The position numbers and the translations under genes were made by a program. Under the pieces are notes generated by a model that saw only the letters and a list, made by a program, of their open reading frames with translations, made no database searches and had not been told where the DNA came from. Source: Acidimicrobiia bacterium (lineage in GTDB: Bacteria > Actinomycetota > Acidimicrobiia > Spongiisociales > Spongiisociaceae). Taken from it: DNA of 64,000 bases. Positions 36,930-47,369 of the stretch are shown in pieces; within the stretch, counting starts at the first letter, position 1; each line of letters opens with the position of its first letter. Where the stretch lies: positions 32,001 through 96,000 of the forward strand of contig JBFGLM010000006.1 of NCBI GenBank assembly GCA_041576165.1, in the 5' to 3' direction.

Positions 36930-39539
36930 GTGGCTAAACCACTCATCATCGTCGAGTCACCTGCCAAGGCCCGCACGATCGCCGGATATCTAGGCAGCGA
37001 CTACGAGGTCACTTCGTCCGTCGGACACATTCGCGACCTCCCTCGCAGCGCGTCTGAAATACCCAGGAGCTACAAGTCGGAGGCGTGGGCCAAGGACTGG
37101 GGCATCAATATCACCGACGGCTTCGAGCCGCTGTACATCGTGCCCAAGGAAAAGAAGGACACGGTCAAGACCCTCAAGGCGCTTGTGAAAGACGCATCCG
37201 AGGTCTACCTCGCCACGGACGAGGATCGTGAAGGTGAAGCGATCGCCTGGCACCTGTCGGAGGTTCTGAAACCAGCGGTGCCGGTGCAGCGGATGGTATT
37301 CCACGAAATCACACCTGATGCGATCCGCCAGGCCATCGAGAACCCCCGCCAAATCGACGAGAACCTGGTCGACGCCCAGGAGGCCCGGCGCACGCTGGAT
37401 CGTCTGGTCGGCTACGGGGTTTCGCCAGTTCTATGGCGCAAGGTGAAGCCGCGCCTGTCGGCCGGGAGGGTGCAGAGCGTCGCGGTGAGGGTGATCGTCG
37501 AGCGGGAACGGGAGCGGATCTCATTCGTGGCGGCGGGCTACTGGGATTTGGAGGGAAGCTTCACTACTCGGGATGACGAATCGTTCACCGCCAAGCTCGT
37601 CACACTCGAGGGCCGGCGACTCGCCACCGGCCGCGATTTCGGCGACGACGGCCGGTTGCGGTCCGATGACGTCACCGTGCTCGACGAACCGGCCGCAGCC
37701 CAGCTGGCGGCGGAGTTCGATGGGGTGGAAATGGACGTCCGGTCCGTCGAGCGCAAGCCGTACACGCGAAACCCGTATCCACCTTTCCGCACTTCCACGC
37801 TCCAGCAAGAAGCATCCCGCAAATTCCGGTTCGGGGCGGCCCGGACGATGTCCGCCGCCCAGCGGCTGTACGAGAACGGCTACATCACGTACATGCGGAC
37901 CGACAGCACCGAGCTCTCCGAGGTCGCCCTCCAGACGTCCCGGGCCCAGATCAGCGAGCTATACGGGGACGAATATCTCTCCAAGACCGCAAAGCAGTAC
38001 GCCAACAAGGTCAAGAACGCCCAGGAAGCGCACGAAGCAGTGCGCCCGGCCGGCGACGCCTGGAAGACACCCGAAGCGGTCGCAGCCGAGCTACAGGATT
38101 CTGACCAGATCAAGGTGTATGAACTGATCTGGACCCGCACGCTGGCATCACAAATGGCCCCGGCCCGGGGGGAGAGTGTCTCAATCCGCCTCGGCGGGAC
38201 GACCACTGCTGGCCGCGTTGTCGAGTTCGCTACGTCGGGCAAGACGATCACATTCCCGGGCTTTCTCAGGGTCTACGTGCAAGGCAGCGATGATCCGGAA
38301 GCTGATCTCGATGATCAGGAGCGCCGCCTGCCGGTCATGGCCGAAGGCGATCCGCTGGCGGTGGATCAGGTCGAAGCCAAGGGTCACACGACGAAGCCCC
38401 CGGCCCGCTTCACCGAGGCGTCTCTCGTCAAGCGCCTGGAGGAACTGGGAATCGGGCGCCCGTCCACCTACGCCTCGATCATTCAGACGATCATCAACCG
38501 GGGCTACGTGTGGAAGCGGGCCAACGCCCTGATTCCGTCGTTCATTGCGTTCGCGACGATCACCCTGCTCGAACAGCACTTCCCGGATCTGGTCGACTAT
38601 GCCTTCACAGCCAAGATGGAGGACGACCTCGACAAGATCGCCCGCGGTGAAGAGGCCCGGGTTCCCTGGCTCGACCGGTTCTTCAACGGCAACGGACAGC
38701 CGGGACTCAAGGACATGGTGTCGGAGGATCGGATGGAGGAAATCGACGCCCGGGAGATCAACTCGATTCCGATCGGGGAGGACGATGAAGGCCGGGCAAT
38801 AGTCGCCCGGGTCGGTCGCTACGGCCCGTACATCGCCCGTGGCGAAGAGACCGTTTCGATCCCCGAGGACATGCCTCCAGATGAACTGTCCGTCGGGCGG
38901 GCCGTGGAGCTGCTCAGTACACCCAGCGGGGACAAGATCCTGGGGACCGATCCCACGACCGGTCTCACGGTGCTCGCTCGCAACGGCCGCTTCGGCCCCT
39001 ACGTTCAGCTCGGAGAGATCGAGGAGGGATCCAAGGAGAAACCCAAGACGGCCTCGCTCTTCAAGAACATGTCGATCGACGAACTTTCCCTCGACCAGGC
39101 GCTCCAGCTCCTGTCACTGCCGCGGAGCGTCGGCCCGCATCCAGAGTCGGGCGAGGAGATCATCGCCGCCAACGGGCGCTACGGGCCGTACATCAAGATG
39201 GGCAAGGACACCCGGTCCTTGGAAACCGAGTCTCAAATCTTTGACGTCACTCTCGAAGAGGCACTGGCCCTCCTGGCACAACCCAAGCGCCGCCGGGGCC
39301 AAGCCGCCGCCCAGCATCCCCTGCGGGAACTCGGAAAGGATCCCGTCTCGGGCGGGGAAGTCGTCGTCAAGGACGGCCGCTTCGGCCTCTATGTGACTGA
39401 CGGCGTTGTGAACGCCAGCTTCCAGAAGGCGGACAGCGTCGATGGCATCACCCTGGAGCGGGCGGCCGAATTGCTCGAAGCTCGCCGCGACCGGATGAAG
39501 GCCAAGGGCCAGTGGCCCCCCAAGGGAGCCGCCCGCTGA
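36930..39539 (+). CDS. topA: DNA topoisomerase I (actinobacterial type, Topo_C repeats)
   Basis: LIIVESPAKA, ATDEDREGE, SAGRVQS, GYITYMRTDS, C-terminal GR(F/Y)GPY repeats. Confidence 0.98.
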   Translation: MAKPLIIVESPAKARTIAGYLGSDYEVTSSVGHIRDLPRSASEIPRSYKSEAWAKDWGINITDGFEPLYIVPKEKKDTVKTLKALVKDASEVYLATDEDREGEAIAWHLSEVLKPAVPVQRMVFHEITPDAIRQAIENPRQIDENLVDAQEARRTLDRLVGYGVSPVLWRKVKPRLSAGRVQSVAVRVIVERERERISFVAAGYWDLEGSFTTRDDESFTAKLVTLEGRRLATGRDFGDDGRLRSDDVTVLDEPAAAQLAAEFDGVEMDVRSVERKPYTRNPYPPFRTSTLQQEASRKFRFGAARTMSAAQRLYENGYITYMRTDSTELSEVALQTSRAQISELYGDEYLSKTAKQYANKVKNAQEAHEAVRPAGDAWKTPEAVAAELQDSDQIKVYELIWTRTLASQMAPARGESVSIRLGGTTTAGRVVEFATSGKTITFPGFLRVYVQGSDDPEADLDDQERRLPVMAEGDPLAVDQVEAKGHTTKPPARFTEASLVKRLEELGIGRPSTYASIIQTIINRGYVWKRANALIPSFIAFATITLLEQHFPDLVDYAFTAKMEDDLDKIARGEEARVPWLDRFFNGNGQPGLKDMVSEDRMEEIDAREINSIPIGEDDEGRAIVARVGRYGPYIARGEETVSIPEDMPPDELSVGRAVELLSTPSGDKILGTDPTTGLTVLARNGRFGPYVQLGEIEEGSKEKPKTASLFKNMSIDELSLDQALQLLSLPRSVGPHPESGEEIIAANGRYGPYIKMGKDTRSLETESQIFDVTLEEALALLAQPKRRRGQAAAQHPLRELGKDPVSGGEVVVKDGRFGLYVTDGVVNASFQKADSVDGITLERAAELLEARRDRMKAKGQWPPKGAAR

Positions 39540-39680
39540 GCGACCGATAGCCCTCCCGAACCAGCGAGGAGGACTCGGCCACGAAGACGGAGGGCAGTGC
39601 CCGGCCCGCACCGCACAACCGCCTCGCAGCCTTCGGGAGGCCTCGCGGCGGACCCTGGGTTCCAAAACCCCCGAGTCGGC

Positions 39681-39947
39681 TCAGGCGAGTCCGGAGCACG
39701 GCTCCCGGGCGGGCCCCGCCTCGGTCCGGTGCGCGTGACCGCCGCCACTGCGGCTGGCCAGCCAGCGGTGATAGGCTGCGGCGATCTGCAGATCAGCTCG
39801 CGTCCACGACAACCCTCGGGTTTGGATGACGTCGGACGTGCCGCACGACTGACATCTGACCAGCGTCAGCGCTGTCCCTGTAGCCGATGTCACTTGCACA
39901 CCGCCGCAGCCGCGGCAGCCCTCAGGCGTTGGTGTCGTATCTCCCAT
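39681..39947 (-). CDS. Small hypothetical protein with two CxxC motifs
   Basis: ATG after agagggga; CRGCG...CQSCG. Confidence 0.5.
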   Translation of the reverse strand: MGDTTPTPEGCRGCGGVQVTSATGTALTLVRCQSCGTSDVIQTRGLSWTRADLQIAAAYHRWLASRSGGGHAHRTEAGPAREPCSGLA

Positions 39948-40014
39948 GGCTTCCCCTCTCGTCCATCCTGCAATAGGACGAGGAACCCGCGATCAAGTTC
40001 CTGGGTCTGTGGGC

Positions 40015-41070
40015 CTATTCGACAGCCCGGTCAAGCCCCTCGGCCCACCGTTCCATCACCGCCTGCCACGTCCATTCGTCTTCCGCCGCTTTGCGGGCCG
40101 CAACCCCCATTTCGGGGCGTTGCAGGATCCGCTCCACGGCTGCGACGATTTGGTCCACGGTCTCGGCGATATACCCCGTTTCGCTCGGGATCACGGTCTC
40201 GGGTGCGCCACCGGAGGTCCCGGCCACGACCGGAAGGCCGGCGGCGGCTGCCTCCAGATAGACGATGCCCAGACCTTCCACCTCGAGACCCGCCCACCGC
40301 GATCGGGCGGGCATGACGAACACGTCCATGGTCTGATATACGCCGGGCAGCTCGTCCCAGGGGATGCCGACTTCCATACGTACAACAACGGACGACCTCG
40401 CCGCCCGGCGACGGATACGGCGTTCCAGCCGGCCCTTCCCCACAATCAACACATCGATCTCATGACCGCGCCGGGCGAGTTCTTCGGCGGCTGTAATGAC
40501 CCGCACATGCCCCTTGCGGGGGATGAAGCGTGACACGCAGCCGAGTGTGATCGGCCCCGGAGTGCGTTCGACCGGGCGGAACAGATCGACGTCGACACCC
40601 GCCCCGAGCACGAACGGTCTGGCGCCGCTCAGCGCTTCGACCCGGGAGGCGGTGTAGCGGCTCACGGCGAACAGCCCGTCGGCCGACCGCAACGTTGCGG
40701 CAAGAATCTGACGAAGGCCGGGCACGACCGCCGGCAGGGTCACCTCCGCGCCGTGCGTCAGGACCACAAACGGGACGTCGGTCCGGGCGCGAATGGCGGC
40801 CCCGAGCTGCGCGAGAGGGGTGGGCGCACCGTACACGACCACGTCGGGCTCGAACTCGCGAACGTGACTGATCACCCAGTCCCGCGTGACGGGAACCGGC
40901 AGCATCCAACTCCGGTCACCGCGGAAGACGTGGGGCGGATCCGTCGCTCCCGCGTGTGCCGGTCCCAGCACCCGGATGGGACCGTCATGGCGGCTCACGA
41001 GGTTAGCGAGGTACTGCTGAATGCCACCCGGCTTGGGCGGATAGTCGTTGGTCACCATCAGTACTCGCAT
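40015..41070 (-). CDS. GT4 glycosyltransferase (PimB'-like mannosyltransferase)
   Basis: VTNDYPPKPGGIQ, SRFIPRKG, EGLGIVYLEA, SGGAPETV. Confidence 0.92.
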   Translation of the reverse strand: MRVLMVTNDYPPKPGGIQQYLANLVSRHDGPIRVLGPAHAGATDPPHVFRGDRSWMLPVPVTRDWVISHVREFEPDVVVYGAPTPLAQLGAAIRARTDVPFVVLTHGAEVTLPAVVPGLRQILAATLRSADGLFAVSRYTASRVEALSGARPFVLGAGVDVDLFRPVERTPGPITLGCVSRFIPRKGHVRVITAAEELARRGHEIDVLIVGKGRLERRIRRRAARSSVVVRMEVGIPWDELPGVYQTMDVFVMPARSRWAGLEVEGLGIVYLEAAAAGLPVVAGTSGGAPETVIPSETGYIAETVDQIVAAVERILQRPEMGVAARKAAEDEWTWQAVMERWAEGLDRAVE

Positions 41071-41145
41071 AGCAGGGCAGTTTGGCTCGGCGACCGATCC
41101 GAGGCGAACCTCGCGGGAGCGGAACGGTCACGCCGATCCGGCCGG

Positions 41146-42384
41146 TCAATGGTTCAGGTGGTACGCAACGTTGTACTCGCTGATGAGCGGCCCGTCGCTG
41201 GTCACAACCACCCGGCTGACGGCGGTGTTGCCCAGCCGTTGCATCGACCGATAACTGGTGTGATCCAGGCTGAGGATGCCGGCGATGTAGCTGCGGATGG
41301 CCAGGCCATGCGACACCACTCCCAGCCGCGACCCGGGGTGGCGCTCGGCTATCGCCTGAACCGAGGCCGTCATTCGCCGCTGCACCTCTTCGAAGTTCTC
41401 GCCGTTGCGGCCGCGCCGGACATCCTCCCGGCCCGACTGCATGGCTGCGATCTCGTCCGCGAAGTCCGCCAGGACCTCCGGCCACAACCGCCCCTGCCAC
41501 TCCCCCATCGCGATCTCCATCAAACGTTCGTCACACACGATGTCGGTGTTGGGAAAGGCAAGCTGGGCCGTCCGGGCGGCCCGTCCCGACGGCGACGTGT
41601 ACACGAAGTCGACGGCGCCGATCCACTCCGCCAGCCGGCGGGCCTGCTCTTCCCCGTCCACATGCAGTCCCCAGTCGGCCTGGCCCTGCACCCGGTGCTC
41701 GAGATTGGCATCCGTGACGCCGTGTCTGACAAAGTCGAGCGCCACAGCGCCGTCGTCCAGGCGCTCCCGGGTCCAGTCGCTGAGGGGGCCGAGGTGGCCA
41801 GAGTCGTTGTACCGTTCGACGACGGCCCGCCCGTTCTCGTCGATCTCAAGCTGGGTGATACCGGTGTTCGTCATGGGTCCGAACAGCCGGAACGCATGCT
41901 GGTCGGTCTGGAGATAGTTCCCCAAGATCGTGTTATTGGTGCCGCCGTGACCAACGATGAGGATCCGATCATCGGGATTTGCGAATTCGATGATCGCGGC
42001 CAGGTCGGACGTGATACGCGCCGTGAACTCGTCCACCGTCTCACCTGTCCCGCCCCACCGGATCGGCTCCCCCGCTCGGAGCGCGGCGAGCTCGTCCGGG
42101 AAGCGATCCGACACCTGGTCAAACGTGAGGCCGTCCCACTCGCCAAGGTCCATCTCCACGAGCGATTCTCGTGGCTCGGCTTCGAACCCGGCAAGACGTG
42201 CGGTCTCGACCGCCCGGTCGAGCGTCGAGGACACAACACGGTCGAAGTGACCGAGATCAACACGACGTCCCAGCGCCCGCGCCTGGCTGCGGCCGCGGGC
42301 AGTGAGCGGGGCGTTGCCGCGACCCTGCCACAAGCGCGCCGCGTTCCCTTCGGATTGCGCGTGGCGGATCAGTGTCAGCTGCAT
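41146..42384 (-). CDS. Tandem two-domain histidine phosphatase family protein
   Basis: RHAQS..EMDLGEWDG..GHGG and RHGVT..EIAMGEWQG..SHG. Confidence 0.9.
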   Translation of the reverse strand: MQLTLIRHAQSEGNAARLWQGRGNAPLTARGRSQARALGRRVDLGHFDRVVSSTLDRAVETARLAGFEAEPRESLVEMDLGEWDGLTFDQVSDRFPDELAALRAGEPIRWGGTGETVDEFTARITSDLAAIIEFANPDDRILIVGHGGTNNTILGNYLQTDQHAFRLFGPMTNTGITQLEIDENGRAVVERYNDSGHLGPLSDWTRERLDDGAVALDFVRHGVTDANLEHRVQGQADWGLHVDGEEQARRLAEWIGAVDFVYTSPSGRAARTAQLAFPNTDIVCDERLMEIAMGEWQGRLWPEVLADFADEIAAMQSGREDVRRGRNGENFEEVQRRMTASVQAIAERHPGSRLGVVSHGLAIRSYIAGILSLDHTSYRSMQRLGNTAVSRVVVTSDGPLISEYNVAYHLNH

Positions 42385-42466
42385 TGCGGCCCCCGACCAA
42401 AGACAGGGTCGAGGATAGGCCAGCCGGAACGCCAGCCGGTCCGGAAGCCGAGGCCGGCGCCCGAGT

Positions 42467-44530
42467 TCAGATGAACGCGGACGCGAAGATCAATGACACG
42501 ATCGTCATGACCTTGATCACAATGTTCATCGCCGGGCCCGACGTGTCCTTGAACGGATCCCCGACGGTATCGCCGATGACGGCAGCCTTGTGCTGATCAG
42601 AGCCCTTGCCGCCGTACGCGCCCGCCTCGATGAACTTCTTGGCGTTGTCCCAGGCCCCCCCGGCGTTCGCCATGAAGATCGCCAGCAAGAACCCCGTCAC
42701 CAATGCTCCCGCCAGCAACCCGCCCAACGCCTCAGGATCGAAGAAGCCGACCACGAGCGGCAGTGCAACTGCCAACGCCCCCGGCAGCAACATCTCCCGC
42801 AAGGCAGCATTGGTCGCGATGTCGACGGCGGTGGCGTAGTCAGGTTTGGCCTCCGACTTGCCCTCGAGCAGACCGGGAATATCGCGGAACTGGCGACGGA
42901 CTTCCTCGATCATTTTGAACGCGGCCCGGCCCACCGCGTTGATGGTCATCGAAGCAAATAGGAACGGGAACATCGCGCCCAGGAACAGACCGACCGTCGT
43001 CCCCGGGTTCGTGATGTCGATGGACTCGAGCCCGACCGCCTGTGTATACGCCGCAAACAGAGCCAGCGCAGTCACGGCGGCCGACCCGATCGCGAAGCCC
43101 TTCCCCAGGGCTGCGGTGGTGTTGCCGAGGGAGTCGAGAGCGTCAGTCGCTTCCCGCACCTCGGGCGGCAAGTGCGCCATCTCGGCGATGCCGCCTGCGT
43201 TGTCCGCGATCGGCCCGTAGGCGTCGACCGCGACGGTTATGCCCAGGGTCGAAAGCACGCCGATGGCCGCGATCGCCACTCCGTAGATGCCGCCGCCCTC
43301 ACCCATCGCCCAGTTACCGGCCCAGAATGCACCGCCGATCCCGGCCGCCACGACGATCACCGAGAAGGCCGCGGAGCGCATTCCCTCCGCGATGCCGGAG
43401 AGAATGACCGTGGCCGGTCCGGTCTCCGACTGGCGGGCGATCTCCTTGACGGCCTTGTAGTGGTCGGAAGTGAAGATCTCCGAGATCTTCCCGACGATTA
43501 TGCCGACCAAAAGGCCAACCAACACGGCCAGGAAGATGCCCAGAGGGTTCTCGACGCCGCTGTCCCCGTTGAACACCAGGAACGTCAGCCCGAGCACGGC
43601 CAGACCCGTGATCACTGCGGCGACATTGCCACCCCGGTGCAACGCGGCCGACAAATTGGCATCGGGCCCGGACACCCGGACGAAAAAGGATCCGATGATC
43701 GCGGCGAACATTCCGGTTGCGGCGACGGCCAGCGGGAAGATGATCGCCTCGTCGATGAAGCTGCGTCCGGTGAACGCCAGCGCCGCATATGCCACCGGTG
43801 CCACGATCGAGCCGATGTAACTCTCGAACAGATCGGCGCCCATCCCGGCCACATCGCCGACGTTGTCACCCACGTTGTCGGCAATCACCGCCGGATTCCG
43901 CGGGTCGTCCTCAGGTATGCCGGCCTCGACCTTGCCGACCAGGTCGGCGCCCACATCGGCTGCCTTGGTGTAGATCCCGCCGCCGACCCGAGCGAACAGC
44001 GCGATTGACGAAGCGCCCAAGCCGATGGCCGCAAGCACATCGTACTTGTTGTCGATGTCGAGGACGTTGACGAAAACCAGATAGCCGAGCGCCACGCCGA
44101 GCAACCCGAGGCCGGCCACGGTGAATCCCATGACCGCGCCACCCCGAAAAGCCACCGGAAGCGCCTGCGCCACTCCGCCGGCGTGGGCGGCTTCGGCGGT
44201 GCGGGCGTTGGCGGCGGTAGCGATTCGCATTCCGATGAATCCGGCCAGCCCGGACAGGAAGGCCCCGAAGATGTACGCAATGCTCCCCCACGGAAATCCC
44301 CAATCGAGAACCACCGCGATGATCACGGCCATCACGACCACGAAGCCCGCCACCCACGTGTACTCGCGCCGCATGAATGCGTCCGCGCCCAGGCGTATCG
44401 CAGCCGACAGCTCTTGCATGCGATCGTTGCCCTGGTCGGCCGCCAGCACCGCCCTGGCGTAAAACCACGCCAGCGCGACCGCCGCCACCCCGGCGACGAG
44501 CGCGATGACCAACAGCACATCAGATGACAT
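42467..44530 (-). CDS. hppA: Membrane-bound cation-translocating pyrophosphatase (K+-dependent signature)
   Basis: GGIYTKAADVGADLVGKVE, DNVGDNVGD, GNTTAA, GDTVGDPFKDTSGP. Confidence 0.97.
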   Translation of the reverse strand: MSSDVLLVIALVAGVAAVALAWFYARAVLAADQGNDRMQELSAAIRLGADAFMRREYTWVAGFVVVMAVIIAVVLDWGFPWGSIAYIFGAFLSGLAGFIGMRIATAANARTAEAAHAGGVAQALPVAFRGGAVMGFTVAGLGLLGVALGYLVFVNVLDIDNKYDVLAAIGLGASSIALFARVGGGIYTKAADVGADLVGKVEAGIPEDDPRNPAVIADNVGDNVGDVAGMGADLFESYIGSIVAPVAYAALAFTGRSFIDEAIIFPLAVAATGMFAAIIGSFFVRVSGPDANLSAALHRGGNVAAVITGLAVLGLTFLVFNGDSGVENPLGIFLAVLVGLLVGIIVGKISEIFTSDHYKAVKEIARQSETGPATVILSGIAEGMRSAAFSVIVVAAGIGGAFWAGNWAMGEGGGIYGVAIAAIGVLSTLGITVAVDAYGPIADNAGGIAEMAHLPPEVREATDALDSLGNTTAALGKGFAIGSAAVTALALFAAYTQAVGLESIDITNPGTTVGLFLGAMFPFLFASMTINAVGRAAFKMIEEVRRQFRDIPGLLEGKSEAKPDYATAVDIATNAALREMLLPGALAVALPLVVGFFDPEALGGLLAGALVTGFLLAIFMANAGGAWDNAKKFIEAGAYGGKGSDQHKAAVIGDTVGDPFKDTSGPAMNIVIKVMTIVSLIFASAFI

Positions 44531-44689
44531 CGAGGAGCCTCTCTCCCTCTAGCTCAATGCAAAACCGGCCGGAGTATAGGAGTGGAACCCTGGGCTAACC
44601 CGAATCCGGTCGGCACCCAGATCAGTCCTCGAGCGGCACACCCGATCCTCAAATGGGCGCATAGCGGTCTCGTCCGTAAAGTGCCCCCG

Positions 44690-45952
44690 ATGCACCGCAC
44701 CGTGGCCCTGCTCCTCGCCGCCGGATTGGCGTTGGCCGGGTGTAGCCGGTCGGATGGCGGCGGGTCGACTAACACAACATCCGAACCAGCACCAGGGGCA
44801 ACTGCGAGCTCAGCGCCGGCGCCGTCGACCACGGTCGCACCGACAACTTCGTTGCCGACCGCCGTGACGGTGACGACCGCTATTGAAGGGGCCGACGGTG
44901 CCATGGCCGCGGCAATCGCTGCGGTGTACACCGCGGCGCTCAATCCGGAGCAGGATGCCGAAGGCGTGCCCGCCGGCCTCCTCTCCCAGTTCAAGGAGAG
45001 GGCCCCGCAGCCGGGGCCGGTCACGATCGCGGGCTCCGTGACCACGGGCAGGATCCTCGACACAGATATCGCCGTCTTCACGTCAGGCCACGACGTGGTG
45101 TTGCTCGCCGGCGCGCCCGGCGTGGACTCGGGATCGGCGACGGGCTGGGAGGTCGCCGGCGCCAAGCTCGCCAGCCTGGACGAGCCGGCGTGGTACGGCA
45201 ACGCGCCGCGACTGGTGTTGGTGCTCGGCTCCGACGCGCGGCCCGGCCAGAAGGTGACCGGATTTCGAGCGGATTCGGTGCACGTGGTTGCGTCCGTACC
45301 TGCCACCGGCGAGGGCTCCGTGGTGGGGATACCCCGCGATTCGTGGGTGGAGGCCTCGTATGGTCGCCAGGCGAAGCTCACCAACACGATGGCATCCCGC
45401 GGTCCGGAGGTGGTGCTCGAGACAGTGCGCCTGCTCACGGGACTGGAGCTGGAGGGTTACCTGGTGACCGGGTTCCAGGGCTTCGAGGGTCTGATCGATG
45501 CGTTCGGCGGGTTCTCCATCACCGTTCCGTATGGCATGGCGGACCCCAAATCCAACGCCTACTTCAACGCAGGGGTCCAGCAGTTCGACGGCGCTGATGC
45601 GCTGGCGTTTTCGCGAAACCGCACCGACACACCCCGGGGGGACTTTGGGCGCCAGCTCAACCACGGCCTGGTGATGCTGGCAATGCTTCCCGAGGTGCAG
45701 GAGCGGGGTGTCGCGCAGCTGCCGCAGCTGCTGGAGATACTCACTCGGTTCGTGATCACCGATCTCGACGCGTCCGACCTGCTGGCGATCGCGGCATCGA
45801 GTTTCGAACTAGACCCGGAGAAGGTGAGCAACGTGGTCGCCCCGGGCCGGGCGGGATCCACCTCGGGCGGCGCCAGCGTCGTTTTCCTCGGGGATGAAGC
45901 GTTCGAGTTGTTCGATGACGTGGCGGACGGGGTGGTGGACGGAACGTACTGA
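44690..45952 (+). CDS. LCP (LytR-CpsA-Psr) family lipoprotein
   Basis: Lipobox LAGC; LVLGSDAR, RADS, IPRDSWV, ALAFSRNR, GDFGRQ. Confidence 0.9.
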   Translation: MHRTVALLLAAGLALAGCSRSDGGGSTNTTSEPAPGATASSAPAPSTTVAPTTSLPTAVTVTTAIEGADGAMAAAIAAVYTAALNPEQDAEGVPAGLLSQFKERAPQPGPVTIAGSVTTGRILDTDIAVFTSGHDVVLLAGAPGVDSGSATGWEVAGAKLASLDEPAWYGNAPRLVLVLGSDARPGQKVTGFRADSVHVVASVPATGEGSVVGIPRDSWVEASYGRQAKLTNTMASRGPEVVLETVRLLTGLELEGYLVTGFQGFEGLIDAFGGFSITVPYGMADPKSNAYFNAGVQQFDGADALAFSRNRTDTPRGDFGRQLNHGLVMLAMLPEVQERGVAQLPQLLEILTRFVITDLDASDLLAIAASSFELDPEKVSNVVAPGRAGSTSGGASVVFLGDEAFELFDDVADGVVDGTY

Positions 45953-46108
45953 TACCCAACGAGGGGCCGCATATGTGTGCGGCCCCATGGTGTTGGCGGC
46001 ATCCCCCACGAGCGGCCGGTTGCCCGTCCGCTCGCCGGCTGCCTCTGTATACGACGCAGCGTCCCCGGCTGGATGATCTATCTCCCGAGACTCGCGATAC
46101 TGCCGCCG

Positions 46109-47293
46109 GTGCTGGGGAGATTCGCCACCTCGATCATCGTGCTGATCGCGGCAACGGCCGTTGCCGTCCCGTCGGGCGCGCTGGGAGATCTCCCGCCAGG
46201 CGGGACCTTTGCGGACGACGACGGGAGCGTGCACGAAGGAGCGATCGAGGCCCTGACGGCTGCCGGTATCTCCTCAGGGTGCGGACCGGAGCGATTCTGC
46301 CCGGCCCGGCTCTTGACTCGGTCCGAGATGGCCGCCTTCCTGGCGCGGGCCCTGGCTCTACCCCCCAGCTCCAACGATTGGTTTGCCGACGACAACGACC
46401 ACCTCTTCGAAACAGAGATCAACAGCATCTCCGCCGCTTCCGTCACCCAAGGGTGCAATCCGGGCATGTTCTGCCCGGATGAAACGATGAGCCGGGGGCA
46501 AATGGCATCTTTCCTCGCTCGAGCCTTCGCCATCCCGGCGACTGATATCGACGCCTTCAGCGACGACACGGGTTCGGTGCATGAAGCATCCATCAACGCA
46601 ATCGCCGCCGCCGGCATAACGACCGGGTGCGACGATGGCCGGTACTGCCCGCTCGAGCGCGTTCGGCGCGATCAGATGGCGTCGTTGCTGGTACGGGCGA
46701 TGCGCCTCGAGTTGATCGTGCCTCCGCCGCGAGCCCCCCAGCTGTGTCGTACTGCCGACCCGGCTTCGCCGACCGGCACGTTTACGACTGCCGCCGGCGG
46801 GCATCCTCCGTCGCCCGGCGGTGGAACCATCTGGCGCTACGCGGTGCAGGTCGAAGTGGGGCTGGGTATCGATCCGAACTGCGTAGCGGCCTCGGTGGCA
46901 ATGGTGCTGGCCGACGAAGCTCGCGGCTGGGGCAGCAGCGGTGCCCGATCGTTCGAACGAGTCGATCCGGCCGCAGCCGACTTCATCGTGACGCTGGCGT
47001 TCCCGTCCACCACCGACCAGCTGTGCCATCCGATCCGAACCGGCGGGATCTATAGCTGCTGGAGTGGTCGCCAGGCGGTGCTGAACTCGTGGCGATGGGA
47101 GGCGGGCGCCGCCGCCTACGCCGAGGTCGATCAGTACCGGATCTACCTGATCGGTCACGAGGTGGGACACGCGCTCGGATTTGGTCACCGGAGTTGTCCG
47201 GGAGCCGGTCAACCGAGCCCCGTGATGATGCAACAAACGAAGTCGGTCGGCTCCTGCACGCCCGATCCCTGGCCCGAGTCATACGAGCTCTAG
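46109..47293 (+). CDS. S-layer homology (SLH) domain protein with DUF3152-like zinc metalloprotease domain
   Basis: Three SLH-like repeats (FCP...TRSEMAAFLARA); C-terminus HEVGHALGFGH...PVMMQQT. Confidence 0.88.
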   Translation: MLGRFATSIIVLIAATAVAVPSGALGDLPPGGTFADDDGSVHEGAIEALTAAGISSGCGPERFCPARLLTRSEMAAFLARALALPPSSNDWFADDNDHLFETEINSISAASVTQGCNPGMFCPDETMSRGQMASFLARAFAIPATDIDAFSDDTGSVHEASINAIAAAGITTGCDDGRYCPLERVRRDQMASLLVRAMRLELIVPPPRAPQLCRTADPASPTGTFTTAAGGHPPSPGGGTIWRYAVQVEVGLGIDPNCVAASVAMVLADEARGWGSSGARSFERVDPAAADFIVTLAFPSTTDQLCHPIRTGGIYSCWSGRQAVLNSWRWEAGAAAYAEVDQYRIYLIGHEVGHALGFGHRSCPGAGQPSPVMMQQTKSVGSCTPDPWPESYEL

Positions 47294-47369
47294 CCCGTTA
47301 CCGCCGTCCCGGCGTCGGAATCCGCCCGGGGGGTGCAGCCAGGTTGGATAGGCCGGACCCGGCCCGGTC

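Noticed and set aside
39550-39600. Minus-strand cctcctcgctgg resembles the HDV ribozyme P3/L3
   Set aside because: P3 does not close properly, and I could not place a G-U-initiated P1, P2 or catalytic J4/2.
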